Source: a virus
IMG/VR virus record: IMGVR_UViG_3300042562_001598
Span: 89,149 to 153,148 of that record
Reading direction: 5' to 3' (one strand)
Length of the DNA: 64,000 nucleotides
Below, piece by piece: positions 8,230 through 18,733 of this stretch; positions within the stretch are counted from its first letter, which is position 1; every line of letters starts with the position of its first letter. The notes under the pieces were generated by a model, which saw only the letters and a list, made by a program, of their open reading frames with translations, searched no databases and was not told the DNA's origin. A program made the position numbers and the translations under genes.

Positions 8230-9957
8230 ATGGAAGAACTTTATAAATATATAATTGAAACTTATCATGTTACAGAATATGATGATACAACTCCCGTCCA
8301 AAGGGAGATATCTGACGACCCATTTGAGGATAATGGTCGGTATTATGATATGGAAGGACTTGAGTATGTAATCAAAGGAAACTATACAACAAAAGAAAAA
8401 TTTGAAGAAAACCTTAAAAACAAATTAGCTGTAGTTGAAATAAAAAGAAAAAGTGTTTACGTAACTAAAACTGAAGATAAAATTAGTTTTAAACTTTTCA
8501 CATATAGTAGAAGACGACGACTAAATGGTCGGGGTTTTAAAAGTGATAATAGTGTTAGGTTTGTAACTTTTAATGTTAAGACTAATTCACTATATTCTGG
8601 ACATATGACGAATTACACATCCAAAAAAAAGGTTAATAAAAGAATTCGTAGAAACAACTTTTGGGAAAGTCCTTTAAACTTGATAAAACATTTAATGAAC
8701 ACAATGTTTTATGGGAGTTTAAGTAATAAAAAACTTAAGGAAAAAATGACCGAAAAACACGAGGTTATCGGAATATCAATGAATATTTTTTTAAGTAATA
8801 TCCCAGGTGTTGTTATTAACCCATCTTATAGTGATGATGAAAACTTATACAAAAGATATTTGGAATATTCAGGTATTAAGTATTCAAATAACTGGAAAGT
8901 GTTTATGGAGATTTTCCCCCAAGTTACAAAAAAAGATTTGGTAAAACACAAGTTAAAGTTTATTGATGCGTTTATGACTAAAAATGGTGTCAGTGGTGAA
9001 AAACTAAAAAGGGTTTTACATACGGTTAAAGAATGTAATATGGAGTCATTACATTATGCTTATCGTTTATTGGGGGAGAAATTTGTGAATTCCCAAAGTG
9101 ATGACTTTATGAAACAGGTTATTGAGACCTCGGTGTTTAAATACTACTATATGCCGGAGTTTGCATTTAAGAATGATAAAGAGAAAAGAAATGTTGTTGA
9201 GGTTATGAAGTTAGTTATGATGAAACATATAACATCTAACACTTTCAACGACCATATAAATATGATAACCCAAATAAGATTATTTGAGGATTTTACTTGG
9301 AAGTCGAAAACTTATGATGAGTTTAATAATGAACATTATGATTTGACCAATAAGGTTAGTCATTATACTCAAGGGGATTTCACTAGAAAATATGATGAAA
9401 AATTTGTAAATACTATTGAGAAACCTATTGTGTTAGATTACATTTATTATCCAGTTGTATTAAAAACATCTATTGACTATAATTCGGAGTCGGTGACGCA
9501 ATCAAATTGTGTTAAGACTTATATTAAAAGAGAGGAGTCAATAATCATTTCACTTAGGAGAGATGAAATCACTGGTGAAAGAGTTACCATTGAATATATT
9601 GTAGGTCATAATGGTGAAAAAGTCTTTGACATTGTAAGAATCCAGACATTAGGTAGATTTAATCAAGGTATTGATGAAGTTTGGCATAATGTTGTGGCTA
9701 AATTAGATGATAGAATTAATGATTATTTATTACATAATGAGTTTACTTTACCGGTTATGAATGTTGTTGTAGGTGGTAGAGAATTTGATACTGAATGTGA
9801 GGTTACTGATAATATTAAAATGAAACATTATATGGACCAAAGTAATAGAACCGATTTTGGTTATCAACTAAAATGGGATAAAGATTTAAGTAGGTTAAAA
9901 GATAATGTAAATACTGATGACCAAGAAGAAACTCACGACTGGATTGATTTTTTTTAA
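8230..9957 (+). CDS. hypothetical protein (575 aa)
   Basis: long uninterrupted ORF; no recognisable motifs. Confidence 0.5.
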   Translation: MEELYKYIIETYHVTEYDDTTPVQREISDDPFEDNGRYYDMEGLEYVIKGNYTTKEKFEENLKNKLAVVEIKRKSVYVTKTEDKISFKLFTYSRRRRLNGRGFKSDNSVRFVTFNVKTNSLYSGHMTNYTSKKKVNKRIRRNNFWESPLNLIKHLMNTMFYGSLSNKKLKEKMTEKHEVIGISMNIFLSNIPGVVINPSYSDDENLYKRYLEYSGIKYSNNWKVFMEIFPQVTKKDLVKHKLKFIDAFMTKNGVSGEKLKRVLHTVKECNMESLHYAYRLLGEKFVNSQSDDFMKQVIETSVFKYYYMPEFAFKNDKEKRNVVEVMKLVMMKHITSNTFNDHINMITQIRLFEDFTWKSKTYDEFNNEHYDLTNKVSHYTQGDFTRKYDEKFVNTIEKPIVLDYIYYPVVLKTSIDYNSESVTQSNCVKTYIKREESIIISLRRDEITGERVTIEYIVGHNGEKVFDIVRIQTLGRFNQGIDEVWHNVVAKLDDRINDYLLHNEFTLPVMNVVVGGREFDTECEVTDNIKMKHYMDQSNRTDFGYQLKWDKDLSRLKDNVNTDDQEETHDWIDFF

Positions 9958-9960
9958 GAT

Positions 9961-10278
9961 ATGGAAGAGATAAAGATAAGAAAACATTGTGTAAAATTAT
10001 TTAAGGAACGATATGGTTCCTATCCTTCTATTGTTAATACTTATAACTCATTAAGTGGGGAAGTTATTAATAAATTAATTGACAAATCACACCTGTTATG
10101 GTATAATGATTATGTTGATTTAGATGGGGGTATAAATAATATTGAAAAATTAGTTGAATATGATTCAACAGGTATATTTATTTATATTAAGAATGGTAAT
10201 GTTCTATTCTTAACAACAATAAACAAAAAAAACATTGTAGATTTTACGCTACATAATTTAATTAAAAAAAGTAAATAA
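9961..10278 (+). CDS. hypothetical protein
   Basis: 105-aa ORF tightly packed between neighbours. Confidence 0.4.
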   Translation: MEEIKIRKHCVKLFKERYGSYPSIVNTYNSLSGEVINKLIDKSHLLWYNDYVDLDGGINNIEKLVEYDSTGIFIYIKNGNVLFLTTINKKNIVDFTLHNLIKKSK

Positions 10279-10279
10279 A

Positions 10280-10594
10280 ATGGAGATTACAACAGAAGAA
10301 TTAAAAAGAAAAATTGAAAATGGTGAAAAATTGGTTATTGATTTTCACGCAGCATTTTGTGTACCTTGTAGACAAATGAAACCAATCTTTGAAAGAATTG
10401 CTACAGAATATCAAGAACAAAATTCAGATGTACAATTATACACTATGGATGTTGAAGCTAATATGGCGTTCGCAAAATCATTGGGTATTAGAAATATTCC
10501 TATGATTAAAACTTTTGCTAATGGTACTGAAACTTATTCTAGAGTGGGAACACATACTGAAGAAGAAATTAAAAATGTTATTGAAACCGTATAA
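10280..10594 (+). CDS. thioredoxin-like protein (CVPC active site)
   Basis: FHAAFCVPCRQMKP variant of WCGPC; size 104 aa typical of thioredoxin. Confidence 0.6.
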   Translation: MEITTEELKRKIENGEKLVIDFHAAFCVPCRQMKPIFERIATEYQEQNSDVQLYTMDVEANMAFAKSLGIRNIPMIKTFANGTETYSRVGTHTEEEIKNVIETV

Positions 10595-10596
10595 TT

Positions 10597-10881
10597 ATGG
10601 ATAAATTATTAATTGTCTTTACGATGAAGGGTTGTCCTTATTGTGTTGAATTAAAAAATAAAATAAAGGAAAGTGATATTGATTTCGTTGAACGCGATAT
10701 TGATAAACATAAGGATGAATATGATATGTTTGTTGAAATAACAGAAAACGAATTTGTTCCAGCCTTTATGATTGTTGAAAGTCCTGACAAAGAACCAACT
10801 TCATTGTTATTTGCACCGGAAAGAGATTTTAATGAAATTGATGAAGGTTTGACAATTATTAAAGAACATTTTAATAAATAA
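10597..10881 (+). CDS. glutaredoxin/NrdH-like redoxin (CPYC)
   Basis: MKGCPYCVELK N-terminal CPYC motif; 94 aa. Confidence 0.6.
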   Translation: MDKLLIVFTMKGCPYCVELKNKIKESDIDFVERDIDKHKDEYDMFVEITENEFVPAFMIVESPDKEPTSLLFAPERDFNEIDEGLTIIKEHFNK

Positions 10882-10882
10882 A

Positions 10883-10910
10883 AAATCCCCTTAATTGGGG
10901 ATTTTCTTTT
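10883..10910. terminator. bidirectional intrinsic terminator (ccccttaattgggg + T run)
   Basis: perfect hairpin between convergent genes, followed by T tract. Confidence 0.6.
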
Positions 10911-11737
10911 TAGAATACTACTAAGTCTTTTACTCTATCTCTTATCAACCAGGGTTTATCTCCAAATGGTATTGTGATATCTTCAATGATATCGTAAGAT
11001 AAAATACCATGTTGAAATTTACTAATGTTAAAATCAAAAACATCCAATATCAAAGATTTAATGGTTTCTTCTTTATATATTCCATTTGATTTAATTCTAA
11101 TATTAAAATCTTCATCTTTATTTTGAGATAATGAAAACTTAAATGTTATTTCTGACGCACCAATAATATCAAAAATTTGGTTACAAATATATTCTGAATA
11201 ATAAAGATTACTTCTACCCATAGATAAGCTATGTCCATAAGGGAATTCTGATGTTATATTTAAAGGATTGTAAGTGTAGTAATCAAGATTTGATACATTC
11301 TCTTCAGAGAAGTCAATTTCAGGTTCTAATTGGTGTGTATAGTTAACTGAATGAAATTTATAATCAGTTGTTGAGTTTTGAACAAAATCGGTAACATCTT
11401 TATGGTAGTAAGGTCTAATATTGTTTGAATATAATGTGAAGAAATGTTCATCTTTTTTAACTAATTCGTGTTTATAGATGATTAAATCAATTATATTAAT
11501 GTGTTCATAACCGAATATTGTTAATAGTGTTTTATATTCAGTCATAAATTCTTCTTTAACTGTCATTATGTCTAAGATTTCTTCACAATTTGTCATACCA
11601 TTGACAACTAAAAAACGACCACAGTCAACCACTTCAATTACAACATCGTATTGTGTAGTTTTATTTATTTTTTTAACTATAAAATCTGCGAATAGATTTA
11701 CAATTCCTCTGTTAGAATTTTTATTAATATACTTCAT
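10910..11737 (-). CDS. hypothetical protein
   Basis: 275-aa ORF on - strand flanked by terminators. Confidence 0.5.
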   Translation of the reverse strand: MKYINKNSNRGIVNLFADFIVKKINKTTQYDVVIEVVDCGRFLVVNGMTNCEEILDIMTVKEEFMTEYKTLLTIFGYEHINIIDLIIYKHELVKKDEHFFTLYSNNIRPYYHKDVTDFVQNSTTDYKFHSVNYTHQLEPEIDFSEENVSNLDYYTYNPLNITSEFPYGHSLSMGRSNLYYSEYICNQIFDIIGASEITFKFSLSQNKDEDFNIRIKSNGIYKEETIKSLILDVFDFNISKFQHGILSYDIIEDITIPFGDKPWLIRDRVKDLVVF

Positions 11738-11793
11738 AATTTTTGTTTTATGTTAATTAATAAACAAAATAAAATATTATATAAATAAAAAAA

Positions 11794-11818
11794 AGGAGAA
11801 ATAATCTCCTTTTTTTGT
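11794..11818. terminator. bidirectional intrinsic terminator (ggagaaataatctcc)
   Basis: hairpin with A run upstream and T run downstream. Confidence 0.55.
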
Positions 11819-11835
11819 TAATGATTGTCGTTATA

Positions 11836-11979
11836 CTACTTTTTAGTATAATAACGCTCAACTACTTTACGAACTGACTCTTGAATTGGCTGAGTTTGAG
11901 GTTGAGCCGGTGCTGGAGTTTGGTTAGTTTGTTGTGTAGTTTGTGTCTGATTTTGTTTATTTTTACAACCACATGACAT
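11836..11979 (-). CDS. small Gln/Thr-rich protein (about 47 aa, not in track)
   Basis: MSCGCKNKQNQTQTTQQTNQTPAPAQPQTQPIQESVRKVVERYYTKK on - strand, followed by terminator. Confidence 0.25.
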   Translation of the reverse strand: MSCGCKNKQNQTQTTQQTNQTPAPAQPQTQPIQESVRKVVERYYTKK

Positions 11980-12093
11980 AGTACTAAAGTGTTAGAAGTT
12001 TATTGATAATGATAAATATCAATCAAAATAGATTAATGTCAAGATTACAAATAATATATTGATATATTTATAAAAATATGATACATTTGCCTT

Positions 12094-13434
12094 ATGAAAA
12101 AAATTAAATTAACCGAACAAGGTTTACATAAATTAATCAGAACTATTGTTGAACAAGTTGAGGAAACATACCTTAAAGTTCCGGCTGAACAATATCGTGA
12201 TTTATTAGAAAAAGCGAGTAATGACCCAAGTCTTTTAGCCAGAATAAAAACTTTAAAGGGGAAGTCACTTATTATTGTTGGAGATTTGAAATTAAAAGGT
12301 TTACCGATTGATAATTTAGGAAACATTAAAGTTGTTCAAGGTTCATTAGATATTAGTGATACAAATATCAGAGACCTTAAAGGTGTTGAGGTAACAGGTT
12401 ATGTTACGGATTGGAATACACCATTCGCTAAAATAAGAGAAAGAGCTCAGGAGAGAAAGAAATATGAAGAAGCTGAAAGTAATAGAGAGGATGATGTTTG
12501 GAATCGTACTAATGAGAATATTGATGATGTAGGGTTAAAGGCTAACGCTTTATTTGAACATTTAGTTAGTATTGGTGTTATTGATGAGTTAACTGAAGAT
12601 GATATTGCGGAAATAGAAACTTTACAAAACAGAAGTAATTCATTACAAGAGAGATTTGCAGAAACAGAAGACTCGGAAGAGACTAATAGATTACGTGATG
12701 AAATTTCTGATATTGATGAAAGAATTGATGAAATTAGAGGTGAAAAACAAGATATCTATAATATTATAAACACTAGTTACCAAGCCTATGGTCTTACTCA
12801 TTTTGAGGTTTTAGGATTAGGTCGTGAGTATTCAGTTGGAACTGAATATGAAATGGATGCTGCGGCATATGAGTATATGGAGAGCATGATTGACGACATT
12901 GGTGTTGAAGGTTATAGAGATGATGTTCTTGAAGATTTTTTAGATATTGATGACTTACTTGATTCTGAAAGAGAACATTATGAGTATGATGTTAGTGATA
13001 GTCCGGAATCTTATTTTAATGCTGATGATTATGAATTAACTCCAGAACAAGAAGAAAGAAAAGAACAACTTGAGTCTGAAATTGAGACCTATGAAGAACG
13101 ATTATCTGAATACGAAGAAGGGTCTGACGAATACGACCAAATTCAAGAACATTTAGAGACTTTACAAGAAGAATTAGATAGTATTGAGGTTGATATGGAA
13201 CCAACCCAAGAAATGATTGATAGAGTTGTAGAAGATAGATTAGATGATATTAAGAGAGACCCAGCTGGTCACATAAAAGATATGGGATATGACCTTAAAG
13301 ATTATGTTGACAAAGACGCATTAATTAAATATGTGATTCAACAAGATGGATACGGTTTAATGTCAGGGTATGATGGAGATGTTGATGAAGTAAGAATTGG
13401 TAGTGAACTATATTATGTAATAAGAGAAAATTAA
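12094..13434 (+). CDS. highly acidic protein with shared N-terminal module (MKKIKLTEQGLHKLIRTIVEQ)
   Basis: 446 aa, extreme D/E content in C-terminal two-thirds. Confidence 0.5.
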   Translation: MKKIKLTEQGLHKLIRTIVEQVEETYLKVPAEQYRDLLEKASNDPSLLARIKTLKGKSLIIVGDLKLKGLPIDNLGNIKVVQGSLDISDTNIRDLKGVEVTGYVTDWNTPFAKIRERAQERKKYEEAESNREDDVWNRTNENIDDVGLKANALFEHLVSIGVIDELTEDDIAEIETLQNRSNSLQERFAETEDSEETNRLRDEISDIDERIDEIRGEKQDIYNIINTSYQAYGLTHFEVLGLGREYSVGTEYEMDAAAYEYMESMIDDIGVEGYRDDVLEDFLDIDDLLDSEREHYEYDVSDSPESYFNADDYELTPEQEERKEQLESEIETYEERLSEYEEGSDEYDQIQEHLETLQEELDSIEVDMEPTQEMIDRVVEDRLDDIKRDPAGHIKDMGYDLKDYVDKDALIKYVIQQDGYGLMSGYDGDVDEVRIGSELYYVIREN

Positions 13435-14204
13435 TGGACAAATTAAGAAATAAAAAAGTATCATTTATTATGAATACAGATTGGATTTTTGACGGAGTTT
13501 TAGATTCCGAACAAAAACAATATGTATTACTTGATTATTTCCAAAAAATGAATAAATACCTCGAGGATATGAAGATATATCCTATGTTTATTGAATTATC
13601 ATTACATTTGGGTAATATACAAACATTATTAACTCAAAATAAAATATTATATGTTGATAGACAATTCACCTCAAATGATGATGAATTAATATTATCAGAC
13701 TTAAAATTGAAAGATATCCCAGTCTTAGCTGACGAGGAGGTTGAAGAATACCATAAGATATTAAAAATGGCTCAACCACAATTACATGACTACTTCAACT
13801 TTGCGAAATCAATATGGAGCGTAGCTTATGATTCAGTGGAAGTAACATTAAAAAAGAATAAAAATAATTTAAAAAGTAAATCAGGTTTTTTTTATTATAA
13901 ATCAAAAGATAAATTGTATATTTGGCGATATGTAACAAAGAAAGTTTATAAAGTTAAAAATCAAACAAGAACATCATTAACTTTAGTGTATGAAGGTTTA
14001 CAAAATGATTTGACAATACAAGATAATATATTTAAATTTTCTAAAACTTACGATAAGAATAACGAAGAGAGTTATCCAGTATTTGAAGTATCGTCTGATG
14101 ACATATTTCCATTACAAGAAACACTAATTCCTATGTTCAAAAGAAAAGTTGTTGCTTATATAAAACAAAACGGAAGTGTTAAACGAAATATCAAATTAGA
14201 ATGA
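13434..14204 (+). CDS. hypothetical protein
   Basis: ATGA overlap with upstream stop. Confidence 0.5.
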   Translation: MDKLRNKKVSFIMNTDWIFDGVLDSEQKQYVLLDYFQKMNKYLEDMKIYPMFIELSLHLGNIQTLLTQNKILYVDRQFTSNDDELILSDLKLKDIPVLADEEVEEYHKILKMAQPQLHDYFNFAKSIWSVAYDSVEVTLKKNKNNLKSKSGFFYYKSKDKLYIWRYVTKKVYKVKNQTRTSLTLVYEGLQNDLTIQDNIFKFSKTYDKNNEESYPVFEVSSDDIFPLQETLIPMFKRKVVAYIKQNGSVKRNIKLE

Positions 14205-14422
14205 GTATAAATAAAAGAATTGTGAATTTTAATATGGTTATTAACTATATTAATTGTAACTTGCCACTCAATTCATTATTCAACACTGATACACTAATTT
14301 TAACGGATGATGAAACATCCGAAATATATAAGTGGGTAAAAAAAGGAAAAACAAACGAACAAGTCAAATCAAAAATTATTAAACATTATGGAAAAAACTC
14401 AAGCCAATTTGTTGTTAGCTAA
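14201..14422 (+). CDS. hypothetical small protein
   Basis: ATGA overlap. Confidence 0.35.
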   Translation: MSINKRIVNFNMVINYINCNLPLNSLFNTDTLILTDDETSEIYKWVKKGKTNEQVKSKIIKHYGKNSSQFVVS

Positions 14423-14576
14423 ATTAAGACAACCTATTCACATTAATTATGTATCTAAATACATTCTTAAAGAAAGTATTGAACAAACGAAAGTCATCTT
14501 AAATAAATTAATTGAAGATGGTGTTGTTGAAGAATATGTAAAAACTAAAGACTATTACGTCGTTAAAAACAGTTAA
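14388..14576 (+). CDS. hypothetical small protein
   Basis: 62-aa ORF. Confidence 0.35.
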   Translation: MEKTQANLLLAKLRQPIHINYVSKYILKESIEQTKVILNKLIEDGVVEEYVKTKDYYVVKNS

Positions 14577-14577
14577 T

Positions 14578-14799
14578 ATGGAAAAAGAAATGGTTAAAAA
14601 CCCTAGTCATTATGGGGGAGCCGATAATCAATATGAGGCCATAAAAGTAATTGAGGCGTGGGACTTAGACTTCCATTTAGGTAATACTGTCAAATATATT
14701 TCAAGGGCTGGAAAGAAAGATACCGATAAAGAAATACAAGACCTAAAGAAAGCTGCATGGTACTTGGAAAGAAAAATCAAAAATTTGGAGAACATTTAG
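14578..14799 (+). CDS. hypothetical small protein
   Basis: 73-aa ORF. Confidence 0.4.
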   Translation: MEKEMVKNPSHYGGADNQYEAIKVIEAWDLDFHLGNTVKYISRAGKKDTDKEIQDLKKAAWYLERKIKNLENI

Positions 14800-14843
14800 T
14801 TCTCCTTTTTGTTTTACAGTATATTTATTAATAAACTATTATT

Positions 14844-15248
14844 ATGAAAAACAGATTTATAATTTCGGAAGAAGAAAAGAAAAGTATACTTGGACTACAC
14901 GAAACATTCAAGAACACTGAAATATTAAAAGAACAGGAAGAAGTTCTTAACCAAAATTTTATTATGGCCGTACAAGATTTCTTAAACCAAACTCAAGGAA
15001 CTAAATTAGTTGTTGATGGGTTAAGTGGACCTGGTTCTAAAACTGAAGAAGCTGTTATGGAATATCAATCTAAAATAGGTGCAGTCCCTACAGATGGTAA
15101 AATAGGTTCTGAAACTATTGCTAAAATGAAAGTTAAAGACCCTCGTAATTTTGAGAAATTTGAGGAAATGATTGCTAAACATGGTGACTTTATGGAAAAA
15201 TTAAGTCATTTAGCAAATCAAGGATTAAATAAACTAAAGTTTGAATAA
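14844..15248 (+). CDS. peptidoglycan-binding-domain protein
   Basis: VQDFLNQTQGTKLVVDGLSGPGSKTEEAVMEYQSKIGAVPTDGKIGSETI resembles PG_binding_1. Confidence 0.5.
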   Translation: MKNRFIISEEEKKSILGLHETFKNTEILKEQEEVLNQNFIMAVQDFLNQTQGTKLVVDGLSGPGSKTEEAVMEYQSKIGAVPTDGKIGSETIAKMKVKDPRNFEKFEEMIAKHGDFMEKLSHLANQGLNKLKFE

Positions 15249-16351
15249 TGAATAGATTAGTACTAACTGAAAAAGAATTCAGAGATAAAACAAGACAAAT
15301 ATTCAAGGAAGAACAATATAAGATTGCTGAAGAAAAATTTAATAATTTAACTAAAGTTGATAAAATATTTGTTGTTGAATTCTTAAAAGAAATTTACCCT
15401 GATAAAAGTGTTTTATTGAATGAAGATAAATGGTATAACACATTAGGTGATATTGCTGGTATATTTGACCCCACCGGTATTATTGATGTTGTTAATGGTA
15501 TTAGTTATTGGAGACAGGGTGATAAGTTATTTGCTTTATTATCTTGGATATCCGCGATTCCGTTCTTGGGTGACGCTATAGCTAAACCTGTTATTAGTGT
15601 TATGAAAGTAGGTGGTGATAGTGCTAAAGTATTTAAGAGTGCTGTTATTGCTGGTGATGCCGCAAAAATGGCTAAAACCGCTAAAGAAATGGGTGGACCT
15701 GTTGCTAAACTTGTTGAGACCTCACCTATGTGGGCTAGCAAATTGATTGCTGCTTTACGAGGTTCTATAGGTAAAGTTCCATTTTTGGGAACTAGATTTG
15801 TTGGATTAGTTGAGGAATTTTTACAAATATTTGTTAAAGGTTCTAAAGGACTTGAAGGTTCTGCAAAATTAGTAGGTAAATTAGAAACTAAAGGTTTATC
15901 TCAAGTTGAGAAACAAGCTTTATTAAATCAGATAGCTAAAGAAAGTAAATTTAGAGGGTTTAGAGACTATAAAAATATAAACCCTACATTATTCTCCAGG
16001 GTAGCCGGTGGTGTTCCTAGATTGTGGGGAAATAGAGCTACAAGGTCATTAATGAGAAGAACTAAATGGTATTTGGGTTTATTGGATTCTGTTGGTGTTG
16101 GTAATTTTGTTGGTCCTGAAGAATTGGAAAAACAGATTCCTAATTTGGAACAAAAAGTTGCTAAATATAGTAAGACACAAAAATCACAAGATTTATGGAA
16201 TGAAGAATTTGGTGATGTTAAAGATGGTGAGACACCAATAAAACCTGTGACCTCTGTCGCACCTGAAAAACCAACTGGTGATACTAATACTGACCCAATT
16301 GGTAGTTTTATTAGTTCTTTAATGGGTGGTGCGATAAAATCAATGATATAA
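15248..16351 (+). CDS. hypothetical protein with Gly/Ala-rich region
   Basis: 367 aa; ATGA overlap with upstream gene. Confidence 0.5.
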   Translation: MNRLVLTEKEFRDKTRQIFKEEQYKIAEEKFNNLTKVDKIFVVEFLKEIYPDKSVLLNEDKWYNTLGDIAGIFDPTGIIDVVNGISYWRQGDKLFALLSWISAIPFLGDAIAKPVISVMKVGGDSAKVFKSAVIAGDAAKMAKTAKEMGGPVAKLVETSPMWASKLIAALRGSIGKVPFLGTRFVGLVEEFLQIFVKGSKGLEGSAKLVGKLETKGLSQVEKQALLNQIAKESKFRGFRDYKNINPTLFSRVAGGVPRLWGNRATRSLMRRTKWYLGLLDSVGVGNFVGPEELEKQIPNLEQKVAKYSKTQKSQDLWNEEFGDVKDGETPIKPVTSVAPEKPTGDTNTDPIGSFISSLMGGAIKSMI

Positions 16352-16362
16352 AATAGTACAAA

Positions 16363-17793
16363 ATGAAGATTAAAAAAAATACACAAGTTATTATTGAAAG
16401 TGGGTTAAGAAATATTCGTTCTCTTGCTGATAGATACAAAAAAGCTAAAATATATTTTCATCAAGATTTAGATGGTGTGGTTAGTGCAATTGCTATGAAG
16501 GAATACCTGAATAATAATGGTATTAAAGTAGTTGATTGTGAAGTTATTCAATATGGTGATAAAGAATTTGCGGTTAAGAAAGCTGATGCTAAAGGTGAAG
16601 TTATGCCTGTTTTAGTCGATTTTGCCCACGGCAAGCCAATGTTCATAATTCACACCGACCACCACGATAGACAAGCTGGAGCTGAAGATACAGGTTCAAC
16701 CTCTTTTAGACAAGCTCGTTCTAATGTTGAAACAATATCACAAATTGTATCACCAAAAGAATTATTTACAAATGCTGACATCTTATTAATTTCAACGGTT
16801 GACTCCGCAAATTATGCGATGAATGATATTAGTGTTGATGAGGTTATTAACTATATTTTTAAGTTAGATAAAGGCAAATCAATTGAGAAGAATAAAATGT
16901 TGATGGGTCTAGTAACAAATAAATTATTGTTAGCCTTTAAAAACAAACCAAGATTTTTGGAAAGATTAGTGATGGACTCAACCCCATCTTTATTAAATAT
17001 TTTACAGAATATCAAAAAAATTATGGTTGAGAAGGGCTATGCTAAAGTAGAACAACTACAAAAGAACAAGGAAACTTATATTAAACAAATGGCTAATAGT
17101 CCTGCTGTGAAAGTTATGGGGAATATCATAGTTCAATGGGGTGGAGGAAATATGTTTTCACCAGGTTCTTACGATAGATACACACCATTTAAAAATAATC
17201 CTGAAGCTGATTTTTTAGTGATTGGTTGGGGTGATATAGGGTTGGTTCAAGCATCTTGTAATCCATATAAGAAAGATAGGGCTTTAAAAGGGATTGATTT
17301 AGGAAAAATTAAAGATATTGTTCTTTCAAAATGGGAAAGTAGATTGAAGTTAAAAGATATTTCATTATCAACACTTAAATGGATGTCTGAAAATAGTAAA
17401 GATTTTAATGAAGAATCAATAGGATTTACATTTAAAGATTTTGTTGCGATTTATGGTGAAGATTTCAAAAAAATAGATAATGGTCGTGACTTATTAACTA
17501 AAATTGGTTATAGCATGATTAAACCTTATATATCAATGAGTGAAGAAGAAAAACAATTGATGGAAAATATAAATATTACAGCTTGGGATGTTATTGATAA
17601 AGTCAGTGGTGGTCATAAATGTATTACTAATATTTCAGGATTGAATTATTTAGGTAAAGATTTACAAAGACCTGGTGATGAAGACATTATGTATGTTAAA
17701 GATATTGATAAACAAGCGACTATTAAATTCACAAAAATGATTCAGGATGAGTTTGTAAGAGTGTTACAAGAGAAAATTGAATCAGAGAAATAA
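16363..17793 (+). CDS. DHH-DHHA1 family phosphoesterase (NrnA/RecJ-like)
   Basis: motifs DLDGVVSA (DxD), VDFAHG, IIHTDHHD (DHH), VSGGHK (GGGH). Confidence 0.6.
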   Translation: MKIKKNTQVIIESGLRNIRSLADRYKKAKIYFHQDLDGVVSAIAMKEYLNNNGIKVVDCEVIQYGDKEFAVKKADAKGEVMPVLVDFAHGKPMFIIHTDHHDRQAGAEDTGSTSFRQARSNVETISQIVSPKELFTNADILLISTVDSANYAMNDISVDEVINYIFKLDKGKSIEKNKMLMGLVTNKLLLAFKNKPRFLERLVMDSTPSLLNILQNIKKIMVEKGYAKVEQLQKNKETYIKQMANSPAVKVMGNIIVQWGGGNMFSPGSYDRYTPFKNNPEADFLVIGWGDIGLVQASCNPYKKDRALKGIDLGKIKDIVLSKWESRLKLKDISLSTLKWMSENSKDFNEESIGFTFKDFVAIYGEDFKKIDNGRDLLTKIGYSMIKPYISMSEEEKQLMENINITAWDVIDKVSGGHKCITNISGLNYLGKDLQRPGDEDIMYVKDIDKQATIKFTKMIQDEFVRVLQEKIESEK

Positions 17794-17802
17794 AATAAAA
17801 AA

Positions 17803-17827
17803 TGACCTATTATAGGTCATTTTTTTA
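17803..17827. terminator. bidirectional intrinsic terminator (tgacctattataggtca)
   Basis: perfect hairpin + T7 between convergent genes. Confidence 0.6.
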
Positions 17828-18169
17828 TTATACAGATATTCTATCCCCAATTTTAATACCTAACTTCTTACAGGTATTACCATCAACCTCAAGGATTGTA
17901 TCTCCGTGACCGCAGTAGTTATTGCAATCTTTTGTTTTACATGGGGGGCAATTATGGTGGATATTAGTTATTACATTATCTTGGATGAATATGATATCTA
18001 GTGGTATTACACAATTTTTCATATAGAAACAATGTGGCCCATCTGACATAAGGAATAACATCCCGTTTACTTTATCATTAAATTTTTTACCCATCATACC
18101 TTCGGACCATTGTTCTTGGGTTAACATGGTCTTTACATTGAAGGTGTTGTTTTTTATTTTTATCTTCAT
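17828..18169 (-). CDS. small Cys/His-rich protein
   Basis: HHNCPPCKTKDCNNYCGHGD cluster. Confidence 0.4.
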   Translation of the reverse strand: MKIKIKNNTFNVKTMLTQEQWSEGMMGKKFNDKVNGMLFLMSDGPHCFYMKNCVIPLDIIFIQDNVITNIHHNCPPCKTKDCNNYCGHGDTILEVDGNTCKKLGIKIGDRISV

Positions 18170-18196
18170 ATTTATAAATATAACAAATTACTGAAA

Positions 18197-18610
18197 ATGG
18201 TTAAAAAAAGATACGCAGGTGTTTTAGTAAAATCAAACGATAAGGTTTTATTATGTAAAAGAAATAACAAGGGGAGTTTACCTGGGGAATGGTCAATTCC
18301 TTGTGGTGGTCTTGATAAAGATGAGAATCCTGTTGAAGGTGCCGCAAGAGAATATTATGAGGAAACTAATAATAAGATAAGTGCTCCTTTAGAGTTATGT
18401 GGTATTATTACTCGTTATGGTCGTGATGGTATAAATAAAAAGGGTGAATTATCAGTATATTTGATGGATGTTGATGAGGATATCATGCCGGATTTGGAAA
18501 ACGCAAAGGACGGAAATGAACATACAGACTGTGGTTATTATAGTTTAGACGACTTACCAACACCCTTGGGGAGTGAATTAGAGGGGATTATTAGAAGAAT
18601 GTTAAAATAA
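18197..18610 (+). CDS. NUDIX hydrolase
   Basis: Nudix box GEWSIPCGGLDKDENPVEGAAREYYEETN (GX5EX7REUXEEXGU). Confidence 0.7.
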   Translation: MVKKRYAGVLVKSNDKVLLCKRNNKGSLPGEWSIPCGGLDKDENPVEGAAREYYEETNNKISAPLELCGIITRYGRDGINKKGELSVYLMDVDEDIMPDLENAKDGNEHTDCGYYSLDDLPTPLGSELEGIIRRMLK

Positions 18611-18689
18611 TGCTAAATCATTTACTTTTATAAAGTATTGTTGTATTTATATATTCACACTACTACCTCTCCTTTCGATAGATTTAGAA

Positions 18690-18727
18690 TCTCGTCAATC
18701 TAAAAAATTGATGAGATTTTTTTTTGT
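18690..18727 (+). terminator. intrinsic terminator (ctcgtcaat...attgatgag + T9)
   Basis: hairpin followed by long T run downstream of NUDIX gene. Confidence 0.5.
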
Positions 18728-18733
18728 TTTATA

